Shown in pieces: positions 19,343 to 28,180 of a DNA stretch of 32,384 nucleotides (position 1 is the stretch's first letter; every line of letters begins with the position of its first letter). Made by a program: the position numbers and the translations under genes. The DNA is from Candidatus Helarchaeota archaeon. Lineage in GTDB: Archaea > Asgardarchaeota > Lokiarchaeia > Helarchaeales > RDOG01. The stretch lies in NCBI GenBank assembly GCA_029838215.1, contig JALGVI010000031.1, positions 1 through 32,384 of the forward strand, written 5' to 3'. The notes under the pieces are model-generated. The model ran no database searches and was not told where the DNA came from. It saw only the letters and a list, made by a program, of their open reading frames with translations.

Positions 19343-19483
19343 CAAATTTTTAAATTTCAAGTTGAAATCGTTCATAAAAACTAATAAGAGAGAATCTCAA
19401 AATTGGTAATTATCGTTGTAAATAGTTTCAGATTTCGCATGATTCTCTAAAAAATGGTCGAATCAAGGACTTGAAGTGATATC

Positions 19484-20044
19484 ATGGAATCTTCCCAAAA
19501 ATTATATCGATATAAGATGGTTCTTTTTGGAAATATGGGAGTGGGGAAGACTTCATTGGTGGAACGTTATATCAACAATAAATTTGAAGAAAACTATCTA
19601 AGCACGCTGGGCTACAATGTATACGAAAAGCAATTCTTTTTTGAAGAAGGCATTACTATTTCCTTGTTAATATATGACATTGGTGGGCAGGAAAAATTCA
19701 GAGATTTAAGAAAACGATATGCCCATGGTGCAAACACGGCCTTTATCGTCTTTGATATTACCAATGAGGAATCCTTCAACGCAACGTTACAATGGAAAGA
19801 AAATTTATTCGAATTCGCAGGGGAGATACCATTTATTCTGATTGGAAATAAATCAGATTTGGGAACACGTAGGAGAGTCTCAAAAGAACAGGTGACGCAG
19901 ATTGCATACGACGTGGGTGCAATTGACTTTATCGAGACCTCCGCAAAAACAGGGGAGAAAGTCGAAGAAGCATTTCGGCAATTAACAATATACACGTACA
20001 AATCATACGTTTCGGGTGCCTACAAATCCAAAAACGACACTTGA
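19484..20044 (+). CDS. Rab/Ras-like small GTPase
   Basis: GNMGVGKTS, LSTLG, YDIGGQE, NKSD, TSAK. Confidence 0.93.
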   Translation: MESSQKLYRYKMVLFGNMGVGKTSLVERYINNKFEENYLSTLGYNVYEKQFFFEEGITISLLIYDIGGQEKFRDLRKRYAHGANTAFIVFDITNEESFNATLQWKENLFEFAGEIPFILIGNKSDLGTRRRVSKEQVTQIAYDVGAIDFIETSAKTGEKVEEAFRQLTIYTYKSYVSGAYKSKNDT

Positions 20045-20066
20045 TCAAATGCTTCATCGCAATTCA

Positions 20067-20077
20067 TTTTTTTTTTT
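20067..20077 (+). terminator. Oligo-T terminator after the Rab-like gene
   Basis: T11 run in the 38-nt gap between the convergent Rab-like gene and iorA. Confidence 0.5.
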
Positions 20078-20082
20078 GAGTT

Positions 20083-21951
20083 TCATTGCTCCTTCCGTCT
20101 TATTGCTTTTTCAGGACAAACCTCAACGCAAACACCACAACCGACACATTGAGTTTCATCAATAAAAACCAATTTACCGTCGGTTGTAATCGGAGGACAA
20201 CCAAATGATGTCATGCAAATCCGGCATCCCGTGCATTTCTCAGAATCTATGAAATATGGAATTATGTCCTTGCCTTTTATTTCCAAGAGTGAACAGGAAT
20301 GACGTGCCACGATCAGACCCGGTCCTCTATCTTGACCCATCCACTCGACTGCGTCAAGGATTGCTTGCAGGCTTGTATTTAGATCATAGGTATCCACGAT
20401 TTTAATAAAGTCCAAGCCAAAACTTTCCCCAATTTTCTCTACATGAATCATTTTTGAAGGCGTGCCGTCTAACATTATTCCCGTGCCAGGATGCGGCTGA
20501 AATCCCGTCATTGCAGTCGTGAGATTATCCAAAACGACAACAATGATGTTTGATTTATTATAAACGAGATTTGCAAGAGATGGAATGCCAGAATGAAAAA
20601 AGGTTGAATCACCAAGTAGGGCGAAGATGGGTTTTTCTTCCCCTGCTTTTCGCAAGCCATTTGCCATGCCAATCGATCCTCCCATGCATAAACAAGTATC
20701 AATTGTTTCTAATGGAGGAAAAAAGCCAAGCGTGTAGCAACCAATGTCTGAACTGAAGATGAATTTCTTTCCCGTTACTTGTTCACCAGCTTTTAAAGCA
20801 TAGAAAAATGCTCTATGAGGACAACCTGCACAAAGGACGGGTGGACGTGGTGGAGCCTTAATGGGATATTGACTGACTTCTAAAGATAATTCTTTACCCA
20901 AATAACGTGATAGAGCGTCACTCACGATTCTAGGAGTTAATTCTCCATTTCTGGGAAAAACCGATTTTCCGATAATTTTTATCGAGGGATTTACATCCTT
21001 CGCAACTCGATTCACGTGTTCTTCAATAAACGGTTCCAATTCTTCGATGACAACAACCATGTCTAATTTTGAAATAAATTTTTGAATCAGTTTATCAGGT
21101 GGCGGAAATGTCACGCCTATTTTCAAATATGGGATTGCATCCCACAAGTCATGTTGGTTCATCACATCCTCAATATAGGCATTTGAGACCCCCGAGCCAA
21201 TAATACCCCATCTTTCACTGCCATCATGTAATTGATTAAATGGTAATTCATTCACGATCTCCTGAAGAATTTCAAGTCGCTTCAATAGCTCAATTCTATA
21301 AATGCGAGCATTAATGGGAAGAAATGTCCAGCGCCGTCGATCAAAATCAAACTTACCGCTTGGTTTTATCGGGAGCAACGGACCGAGAGTAATATCCCCG
21401 CGTGAATGAGAAAGACGCGTCGTGGATCTCAAAATTACCAAGGTCTCATATTTCTCGGAAAATTCAAATGCAAACTTGGTCATCATTTTCGCTTCCATCA
21501 CGTTTGAAGGCTCGAAAACGGGAACCAATGCTGCCCTAGCAAGAAGCCGTGTGTCTTGCTCGTTCTGAGAACTATATGCATTTGGATCGTCTGCACAAAT
21601 TACCACGAACCCTCCCTTCGCACCCGCATATGCGGCGGTCATGAAAGCATCCATTGCAACATTCAGTCCAACGTGCTTCATTACCGCAGTAGCACGGACA
21701 CCCGCCATTGCAGCACCAAATGCGCATTCAAAACCCACTTTTTCATTTATGCCCCACTCAACATGCATCTCAGGACACGTTTTAGCAATTCTTGCAAGAG
21801 CTTCAACAATTTCCGTAGAAGGCGTACCCGGATATCCTGAAGCCACGCGGACTCCCGCTTCGAAGCACCCTCTAGCGATGGCTTCATTCCCAAGTACAAA
21901 AATCTTTTTGTGTGGTTCGTTTAAAGCATAAGGCACGGTCAATTTTTCCAC
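20083..21951 (-). CDS. iorA: Indolepyruvate:ferredoxin oxidoreductase alpha subunit
   Basis: LGNEAIARG, GYPGTPSTEI, INEKV, MKHVGLNVA, LCAGCPHR, DIGCY, GDSTFFHSG (TPP), two C-terminal 4Fe-4S motifs. Confidence 0.95.
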   Translation of the reverse strand: MEKLTVPYALNEPHKKIFVLGNEAIARGCFEAGVRVASGYPGTPSTEIVEALARIAKTCPEMHVEWGINEKVGFECAFGAAMAGVRATAVMKHVGLNVAMDAFMTAAYAGAKGGFVVICADDPNAYSSQNEQDTRLLARAALVPVFEPSNVMEAKMMTKFAFEFSEKYETLVILRSTTRLSHSRGDITLGPLLPIKPSGKFDFDRRRWTFLPINARIYRIELLKRLEILQEIVNELPFNQLHDGSERWGIIGSGVSNAYIEDVMNQHDLWDAIPYLKIGVTFPPPDKLIQKFISKLDMVVVIEELEPFIEEHVNRVAKDVNPSIKIIGKSVFPRNGELTPRIVSDALSRYLGKELSLEVSQYPIKAPPRPPVLCAGCPHRAFFYALKAGEQVTGKKFIFSSDIGCYTLGFFPPLETIDTCLCMGGSIGMANGLRKAGEEKPIFALLGDSTFFHSGIPSLANLVYNKSNIIVVVLDNLTTAMTGFQPHPGTGIMLDGTPSKMIHVEKIGESFGLDFIKIVDTYDLNTSLQAILDAVEWMGQDRGPGLIVARHSCSLLEIKGKDIIPYFIDSEKCTGCRICMTSFGCPPITTDGKLVFIDETQCVGCGVCVEVCPEKAIRRKEQ

Positions 21952-22057
21952 CTAAATTATAGAGGATCATTCAATACAACAATTAGCGAAAAAAGAAATA
22001 AATAAGCTAGCAAATGATTGAAAGAATAATATCCAAACAAATTAACGAGGAACAAAG

Positions 22058-22858
22058 ATGAAAATTAATAAGACTTTGTTATATTTAGTCCTGTTTTTTG
22101 CAGTCTACGGAGTGATTCTTGCAATCCCTTATCTCGAAGGTTATTTATTTATCCCAATTACTCTTGCCGAGTCATTCACGTTTCAAGTTGTCGTCATGAG
22201 CATAAAGCTCAGCACTCTTTTAGAGTTATTCTTGGTTGCTCCTGCCACGGGAACAATCTTGATCTTATTATACGATGAGATCCGGAAATCACCGTGCACT
22301 TCCGAAAAATACTTGCAAATTTTAAGAATTCTACTGGTAGTTTTTGCTACCACGATGTATAATGGTATTGGAGTTCATTTTGCGGCTAATTTTGCAGAAA
22401 GTATCTCTGGTGCAGTTGTTAATCCGGCGAATAAAGACTTGATTATCTATTTCATGGATGAAATAGTGGGACACAAGTTGATCCATTTTGGAATGTTTGG
22501 TTGTTTTGTCGTGTTTCTCTGGCTCCAGTATTTCCATCCACAAGAAGAAATCGCACGGCTGGATATTGCCCTCCATCTAGTTGCGGCAATAATAATCGGC
22601 ATCGTTTTTGCATTTGCACTCATTGAAGGGCAAGCTGCTTTCGATCTTCTAATAATGAACTCGGTCTTGATTGGAGCTTTAATATTTTCAATAAAAAAAT
22701 ACGGAATAGAACTCCGGAAAAACCAAGTGTTCTTGTTCGAATTGAGTTTCGCTGCCACGCAGATTCCAGTCATCTTGATATGGTGGATCATCACGGGGAT
22801 GCTATTGGGATTTCAACCCGTCTATCCATTTATTTATCAATATCATTTCTTTTTTTAG
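22058..22858 (+). CDS. Multi-pass (about 8 TM) membrane protein of unknown function
   Basis: Hydrophobic throughout, with intramembrane His/Asp/Glu clusters (GVHFAAN; DEIVGHKLIH). Its 3' end overlaps the convergent flavodoxin gene by 29 nt. Confidence 0.75.
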   Translation: MKINKTLLYLVLFFAVYGVILAIPYLEGYLFIPITLAESFTFQVVVMSIKLSTLLELFLVAPATGTILILLYDEIRKSPCTSEKYLQILRILLVVFATTMYNGIGVHFAANFAESISGAVVNPANKDLIIYFMDEIVGHKLIHFGMFGCFVVFLWLQYFHPQEEIARLDIALHLVAAIIIGIVFAFALIEGQAAFDLLIMNSVLIGALIFSIKKYGIELRKNQVFLFELSFAATQIPVILIWWIITGMLLGFQPVYPFIYQYHFFF

Positions 22859-24248
22859 CCGACTTTTCCATCTCGGCTTTTTCTTTTTTGAGAACTTTTT
22901 GATGCGGTCGGATCATGAAAGGGATTATTTTATCATAAAAAATTTCCCTGAAACGGGCTGATTTTGACATCAAGATCAAAATTCGCTCCGCAATAGGTGG
23001 TTTTTTCGGAAAATCATAAAAGCCGTGCCTTTTATAATAGCGATGATCTGCCTGAAACGGTACTCTGAGCCGACCATAAATACAGTCCCTAAAAACCTTC
23101 AATCCGCCAATGGCCAGAAAAGTCATGGGCGTGAAATATTTCATTTCATGATACTTGACGACCTTTTTTGCAAGGTTTTCAAGCAAGGCATCTACATGAG
23201 TCGAATCACCAAATTCATCCGTTACGATGTCCGCCAATTTCGCTTCCTGGCTTTCAAAATAAACTTGAAAGATTTGCACTAAATTTGGAACCTGACCCAA
23301 TGGTCCCGAAATGATCACTCCAATGGTTTTTCCTTTAAGAGTGGGCATGTGCGTGTTGTAAAAACTCCTATCAAAATACAACTTCCATCGCGAAGACAAA
23401 TATCTATCCTTTAGTGTTCCCGCAAGCACCAAGATGTCGGCAGTCTTTATCTTTGAATCATAGAATTCCATGTATTCATCTTTTCCATGATAAGCGCAAA
23501 TATTAGTTATTCCACACCTAATGCAGCCCAAGCATCCTCCTTTTATGTCGATATTATGTAGATTCACAACTTCTACTTCAGATGAAAATGAGCCCTTAAA
23601 TTTGTTTATCATCTTGCCCAAATTTGTTTCAGTGTTTTCCAAGTCCGTGAGTATTAGCAATTTTTTGCCGGAAAGATCAATTTTTCCATTTTTCTCCCCT
23701 GGAACGTAATCAAACTGCCGCTTTTCTAATGGAGGAAACCACTTCGTTGTCGGGACTTTCGATTCGATGGCATTAAAAAAGACAGCTCCAAACGAAATTA
23801 ACCGGTCACGTTCGTTTTTATCCATCAAGTCATACATGTCGGCAGCAAAGAAATCCACGTATTTCATGTTTAAGTCATCGCAGATGGCACGAATATAATT
23901 ATGAGCAGTATGATCAAAGAAATGAATGGATGTTGAGATGGCAGCAGTATACTTTCCTTTAAAAACATTCTCAACGCCACGTTCGAAAATAAGTTCAATA
24001 AATCGTTTATAATTCGAGTGAACAAGGCATACATAAACTGGAAAGCCCCATAAAACACCATCTGAAGTTTTAATTTTATCAATAACTTCATTGAATGCAT
24101 TTTGATTTTTCTCAAGCCTTGGAAGCGATTGAGCCACGTGCACGATGTTAAAATCATGATGTGGAAATTTTAACTGCAGGTATTGAACAGATTGCATTGT
24201 GGCACTCATCGATCCCTTTGGGCTTCCATTAAGAACACAAATCTTCAT
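22830..24248 (-). CDS. Tandem flavodoxin / NAD(P)H-dependent FMN reductase (iron-sulfur flavoprotein-like second domain)
   Basis: N-terminal LNGSPKG...DGVLWGFPVY. The second domain has NLHNIDIKGGCLGCIRCGITNIC and ADILVLAG. Confidence 0.85.
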   Translation of the reverse strand: MKICVLNGSPKGSMSATMQSVQYLQLKFPHHDFNIVHVAQSLPRLEKNQNAFNEVIDKIKTSDGVLWGFPVYVCLVHSNYKRFIELIFERGVENVFKGKYTAAISTSIHFFDHTAHNYIRAICDDLNMKYVDFFAADMYDLMDKNERDRLISFGAVFFNAIESKVPTTKWFPPLEKRQFDYVPGEKNGKIDLSGKKLLILTDLENTETNLGKMINKFKGSFSSEVEVVNLHNIDIKGGCLGCIRCGITNICAYHGKDEYMEFYDSKIKTADILVLAGTLKDRYLSSRWKLYFDRSFYNTHMPTLKGKTIGVIISGPLGQVPNLVQIFQVYFESQEAKLADIVTDEFGDSTHVDALLENLAKKVVKYHEMKYFTPMTFLAIGGLKVFRDCIYGRLRVPFQADHRYYKRHGFYDFPKKPPIAERILILMSKSARFREIFYDKIIPFMIRPHQKVLKKEKAEMEKSAKKRNDIDK

Positions 24249-24418
24249 GACGGAATCACCGATGATTAACCTTGAATTGAAATCACCTAGAAAAAAACAA
24301 ATCCGTTTTTTTATTTAAAACAAGTTTCAGAAAACTCCTAATTAACATTTGGCAATTTGCAAAGACAAAAATCCTTAAACTTAATATACCGCTTGAGCTA
24401 TTATATGACTTGATTATC

Positions 24419-25393
24419 ATGCCCAAGGGAATTGCAGTAATAACGTGGGATGATCATTTTGGGGCTATGCTAGATTCTATCTATCCTAAAGATCTTGAAA
24501 TCACAAACGATTTAGTCCTTCAGTTATACACTTCACAGACGATGGGAGACATCAGTACTCCGCGTTTTTCCATTTTCCAAACAAAAGAAATTAAAGTCGC
24601 AAGTTATTTTGGCGGGGATAGAAAAAATGCCTTGTTGGTATTTATTTTGGGTGAAGATGAAGAACCTGAAAAATACCAATTGATAGTTATTCAAACATTT
24701 AATGAATACGTTACAAATAATACTGAAACGGATGAATTTTTGGAACGTGCCTTTAAAAAAGTATTGGGAATGGGAGAACTTCTTGGTAGTGCTTCCGTAT
24801 TGGAAAATAGAGTCATTCAAAATTTTTTCTCAAATGTTGTCACGGGTGATGTTCTGAAATTTCTTCCGACGAAGGATTATGAACTGGGTATTTATTATCC
24901 CCTCCTAAGTAAGTATCTAGGAGTCGAACCAACTCAAACTAGTCTGTTCATAGATTATCTTTGCCGACAAGATTTCTTAATTCCAGAGGTAGTTGATTGT
25001 GCACTTGTCTGTCCCCATTGTGGGTCCATAAAACTCTTTAATTTATTGCTCTGCCCAAAATGCAATTCTAAAAAAATGCAAAAAGGACTTACTGCGCAGC
25101 ATAGATTGTGTGGATACGTTAACTTTTATGAGAATTTTTTTGATAAACCCCGAAACCGGCTACACTGTGATAATTGTAACACGTTTATTTCAAATGAAAA
25201 GGATTTGATAAATAAAGGAATTTCATATTATTGCGTGGAATGCAAAGTTTTTACAAAACGTGGAAGAGATTACTTGGAATGTGGCAATTGTTCGAAACTG
25301 ATTAAGCGTGAAGAATTGGTCTTTAAAGAAATTTATGCATATACCGCAAATCTTGAAAAGATTAATCAAATTGTCAAGTTCAAGGAGCGTTAA
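24419..25393 (+). CDS. Longin/uDENN-like N-terminal domain fused to a TackOD1-like multi-zinc-ribbon domain
   Basis: N-terminal IAVITWDDHFGAMLDSIYP. C-terminal CPHC/CPKC/H..CG/CDNC/CVEC/CGNC...ELVFKEIYAY array, recalled as the thaumarchaeal output domain pattern. Confidence 0.68.
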   Translation: MPKGIAVITWDDHFGAMLDSIYPKDLEITNDLVLQLYTSQTMGDISTPRFSIFQTKEIKVASYFGGDRKNALLVFILGEDEEPEKYQLIVIQTFNEYVTNNTETDEFLERAFKKVLGMGELLGSASVLENRVIQNFFSNVVTGDVLKFLPTKDYELGIYYPLLSKYLGVEPTQTSLFIDYLCRQDFLIPEVVDCALVCPHCGSIKLFNLLLCPKCNSKKMQKGLTAQHRLCGYVNFYENFFDKPRNRLHCDNCNTFISNEKDLINKGISYYCVECKVFTKRGRDYLECGNCSKLIKREELVFKEIYAYTANLEKINQIVKFKER

Positions 25394-25397
25394 AGGA

Positions 25398-25910
25398 ATG
25401 GGTGAAACGTATAAAAAGAAAATCGTTTTACTTGGTTCATTTGCCGTAGGAAAGACTGCAATAATGTACAATTTCGTTGAAAACAAATTCATACAAGATT
25501 ATAGAGCCACTATTGGTGTAAACCTGCTGAATAAAATCATAGCTCTGGAGAATGACACGAAGATAAGCTTCACGATTTGGGACATCGCTGGACAACTGGC
25601 TTTCAGACCTGTTTGGCAAAGTTTTTACAATAAAGCAGCCGGAGCCTTACTCATTTATGACGTGACGCGAAAAATGACATACGATGAAATTCCAGGATGG
25701 TATCAAAACTTAGTAGAATTCATACCTGAAAAAATACCTTGTGTCTTAATTGGAAATAAAATAGACTTGATCGAACAAAGAGAAGTTAGCTCCGAGCAGG
25801 GTCTAGAGCTTGCAAGAAATTATGATATGGAATACATGGAAACTTCTGCAAAAACGGGTAAAAATATAATTCAGGCATTTGAACTCATAGGAAGAAAAAC
25901 GTTAAAATGA
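25398..25910 (+). CDS. Rab/Ras-like small GTPase
   Basis: GSFAVGKTA, RATIG, WDIAGQ, NKID, TSAK. The true ATG is at 25398, 4 nt after the upstream stop; the track's 25308 start overlaps the upstream gene. Confidence 0.93.
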   Translation: MGETYKKKIVLLGSFAVGKTAIMYNFVENKFIQDYRATIGVNLLNKIIALENDTKISFTIWDIAGQLAFRPVWQSFYNKAAGALLIYDVTRKMTYDEIPGWYQNLVEFIPEKIPCVLIGNKIDLIEQREVSSEQGLELARNYDMEYMETSAKTGKNIIQAFELIGRKTLK

Positions 25911-25944
25911 TAAAATAATAATAAAAATAAAACTGGAAAAAGAA

Positions 25945-27195
25945 TCATTCCAGCCTTCTGAATTTCAGGATTTCTTTTATTTCTTCATTTACAGTTCTTC
26001 GTAAGCCCGTGATTTTTTCGGCTTGTGCTTCAACTTCGGTCTTGACTTTCTTTTGTCGTGGCTCCATTGGCATTGTTAATCTGAAGTATTCAATCCATTC
26101 TCGAACGTGTGCCATTTGGTATTCGAGGGTCGTGAATCGATCTTCAATCGACGTGGAAAGACCAATCATCAAGTTAAGAACACGTTCCAGCGTTTGGCCG
26201 AGAGTTTCTTTGTCATATCCCTTGCCCGTTTCCTCTACGCTCAAGAAATTACGTATTTCCTCAACGACTCTTGGATTTTTTCCAAGACTGTTATAGATAC
26301 TGGACTTTAAGATTTCAACTTCAAGATTTTTCTCCGAAAATATCTTCGTGACCTTTTCGGTTAGAAATTCAATGGCTTCAACAATTTCCTTTCGATCCTT
26401 TACATCAGGATCATATTTATGAAGCAGGACTAAAAATCCAGGTTTTTCCTTCAAAGTATCAAGGGCATTCAAGACGTTTTTGAGATATTCTAATGATTTA
26501 TCAAAAACATCAGGATCTTGGACATCAATGACGTATATTAGAAATTGTACCTCTAAAAAGAAGCGTTCAGGATCATCTAGATATTGATCTCGATATCGAT
26601 CCTGTCCGCCCATATCCCAAATGACTAAATCGGTATCCTCACTTGAAAAAAACTCACGATTCACGCCTTTTGTCGGTGGTAATTTGCAAAAAATTTCCAA
26701 ATTGACATTGTTTTGCAAAACATTTAGAATGGATGTTTTTCCGGCATTGCTCAATCCCACAAGTAAGATCTTAGTTGGTTCGGAGCTGATTTCAGGCTTT
26801 GTCGCAACGCTTTTCGTTTCTTTCGCTTGAGTTACCCTTTTCTCACTTCTTTTTGCCTTTTTTTTCTGCTTTTTAGCCTTTTTTACGGGTTTAGGCTTTG
26901 ATGTATCGAGTTTAATGTCCAATTCAGTTACCTTTTTAGCAATTGAGATCCATTCTTCGATTTTTTTGTGTCTGATATCTGCTTTAATGAGATCTTTTAA
27001 CTCAGATGTTCCGATGGCGACCTCTGAAAGACTTTTGATATTCGATACCTTCAGGATTTTTTTAAGTGCAGTTGCTTCTTTTCTTCCAACTTCCGTTAAA
27101 GCAGTTACTGGAAGATCTGCAACAGTTTTTGCTTTTTTACTTGTTTTTGGTATTTTTATCAAATTTTTCAATTCTTCGGGAAGTAAATCACTCAA
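25945..27195 (-). CDS. Rag/Gtr-like GTPase with N-terminal HhH-like domain, Lys-rich linker and C-terminal coiled coil
   Basis: GLSNAGKTS, PPTKG, WDMGGQ, HKYD, SSIY. N-terminal LPVTALTEVGRKEATALKKILKVSNIKSL and linker KPKPVKKAKKQKKKAKR. Confidence 0.85.
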   Translation of the reverse strand: MSDLLPEELKNLIKIPKTSKKAKTVADLPVTALTEVGRKEATALKKILKVSNIKSLSEVAIGTSELKDLIKADIRHKKIEEWISIAKKVTELDIKLDTSKPKPVKKAKKQKKKAKRSEKRVTQAKETKSVATKPEISSEPTKILLVGLSNAGKTSILNVLQNNVNLEIFCKLPPTKGVNREFFSSEDTDLVIWDMGGQDRYRDQYLDDPERFFLEVQFLIYVIDVQDPDVFDKSLEYLKNVLNALDTLKEKPGFLVLLHKYDPDVKDRKEIVEAIEFLTEKVTKIFSEKNLEVEILKSSIYNSLGKNPRVVEEIRNFLSVEETGKGYDKETLGQTLERVLNLMIGLSTSIEDRFTTLEYQMAHVREWIEYFRLTMPMEPRQKKVKTEVEAQAEKITGLRRTVNEEIKEILKFRRLE

Positions 27196-27214
27196 TTCTG
27201 TCCCCCCATTGTTT

Positions 27215-28159
27215 TTATGTAATTAATTTTTTGAAGATCCAATGCATTCCATTGTAGATTCCTTCTCCTGTAACAGCACTTGTCAAATACATGTTCCATT
27301 CTCGATCCTTTATTTTATTCAACTCCAATTCCTTTATGACATTCTTCTTGGATATTGATGTTCCCAAATCTTTCTTGTTTGCTAGAATCAGAAGGGGAAT
27401 TCCTGATGATTCAGGATAGTCTAAAATTCGAAAAAGTTCTTTCTTCGCCTCTACATATCGATCCTTGTCATGGATGTCTATTACAAAAACTAAAACATTC
27501 GGCTCCTTCAGATAATTCCTCCAAGACCTTCTAAAGCCGATTTGCCCGCCAAGATCCCATGCTACTAAATTCACGTTATCCAAAATGAAATTTAATAGGT
27601 TTAAATTGAGCGTTCGATTTGTCTTGACGAATTCATTTCGTCTCAAGCGTTCCAAAATGGAGGTCTTTCCGGCTCGATCTAAACCAAAAACGAATAGTTT
27701 CAACGATTTTTTCTTGGTTATGATGGATTTTGGAAGGACCTTTGAAAAGTTTTGTAATAAATCCTTAATTTCGGCATTTTTCTCATTGATTTCGTCAACA
27801 TCCCCATGTCCCGAGATATGAACGTAAAATCCCTTGAAAATATCTTTCTTGCTCAATAATTCAATTACGAATTCTGCCAGAGGAATGCGAAAAATCTCAC
27901 CGTCAATGTTATCTTCGGAATAGGTGATGGATATGAGGGCCATCTCTTTTTTGCCTCTTGCCCACTCCGATGGGACCTCGAAATAATAGTTAGCGGTCTT
28001 GAAATTGTCAAATGAATGAATGAAGAACTTCTTATTTCCTGCAAAATCAAGAAGCCGAGAAACTTCTTTATCCTGTTCAGACACCTCTTCGTCTTCAGGG
28101 ATCTTACAAAGGATTGATGGGCCTCTTATTCGATGAAAATATGTCAAGAGTATGACCAT
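27215..28159 (-). CDS. Longin/uDENN domain fused to a C-terminal Arf-like GTPase
   Basis: N-terminal ILLTYFHRIRGPSILCKIP...SEWARGKKEMALISI. C-terminal GLDRAGKTS, WDLGGQ..FRRSWRNY, NKKD, TSAVTGEG...MHWI. GAGGTGA SD supports the ATG at 28159. Confidence 0.87.
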   Translation of the reverse strand: MVILLTYFHRIRGPSILCKIPEDEEVSEQDKEVSRLLDFAGNKKFFIHSFDNFKTANYYFEVPSEWARGKKEMALISITYSEDNIDGEIFRIPLAEFVIELLSKKDIFKGFYVHISGHGDVDEINEKNAEIKDLLQNFSKVLPKSIITKKKSLKLFVFGLDRAGKTSILERLRRNEFVKTNRTLNLNLLNFILDNVNLVAWDLGGQIGFRRSWRNYLKEPNVLVFVIDIHDKDRYVEAKKELFRILDYPESSGIPLLILANKKDLGTSISKKNVIKELELNKIKDREWNMYLTSAVTGEGIYNGMHWIFKKLIT

Positions 28160-28180
28160 GTTGTACAGCTCACCTCTCAA

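Noticed and set aside
25308-25397. N-terminal extension of the Rab ORF in the track
   Set aside because: Overlaps the upstream gene; the ATG at 25398 gives a normal-length GTPase.
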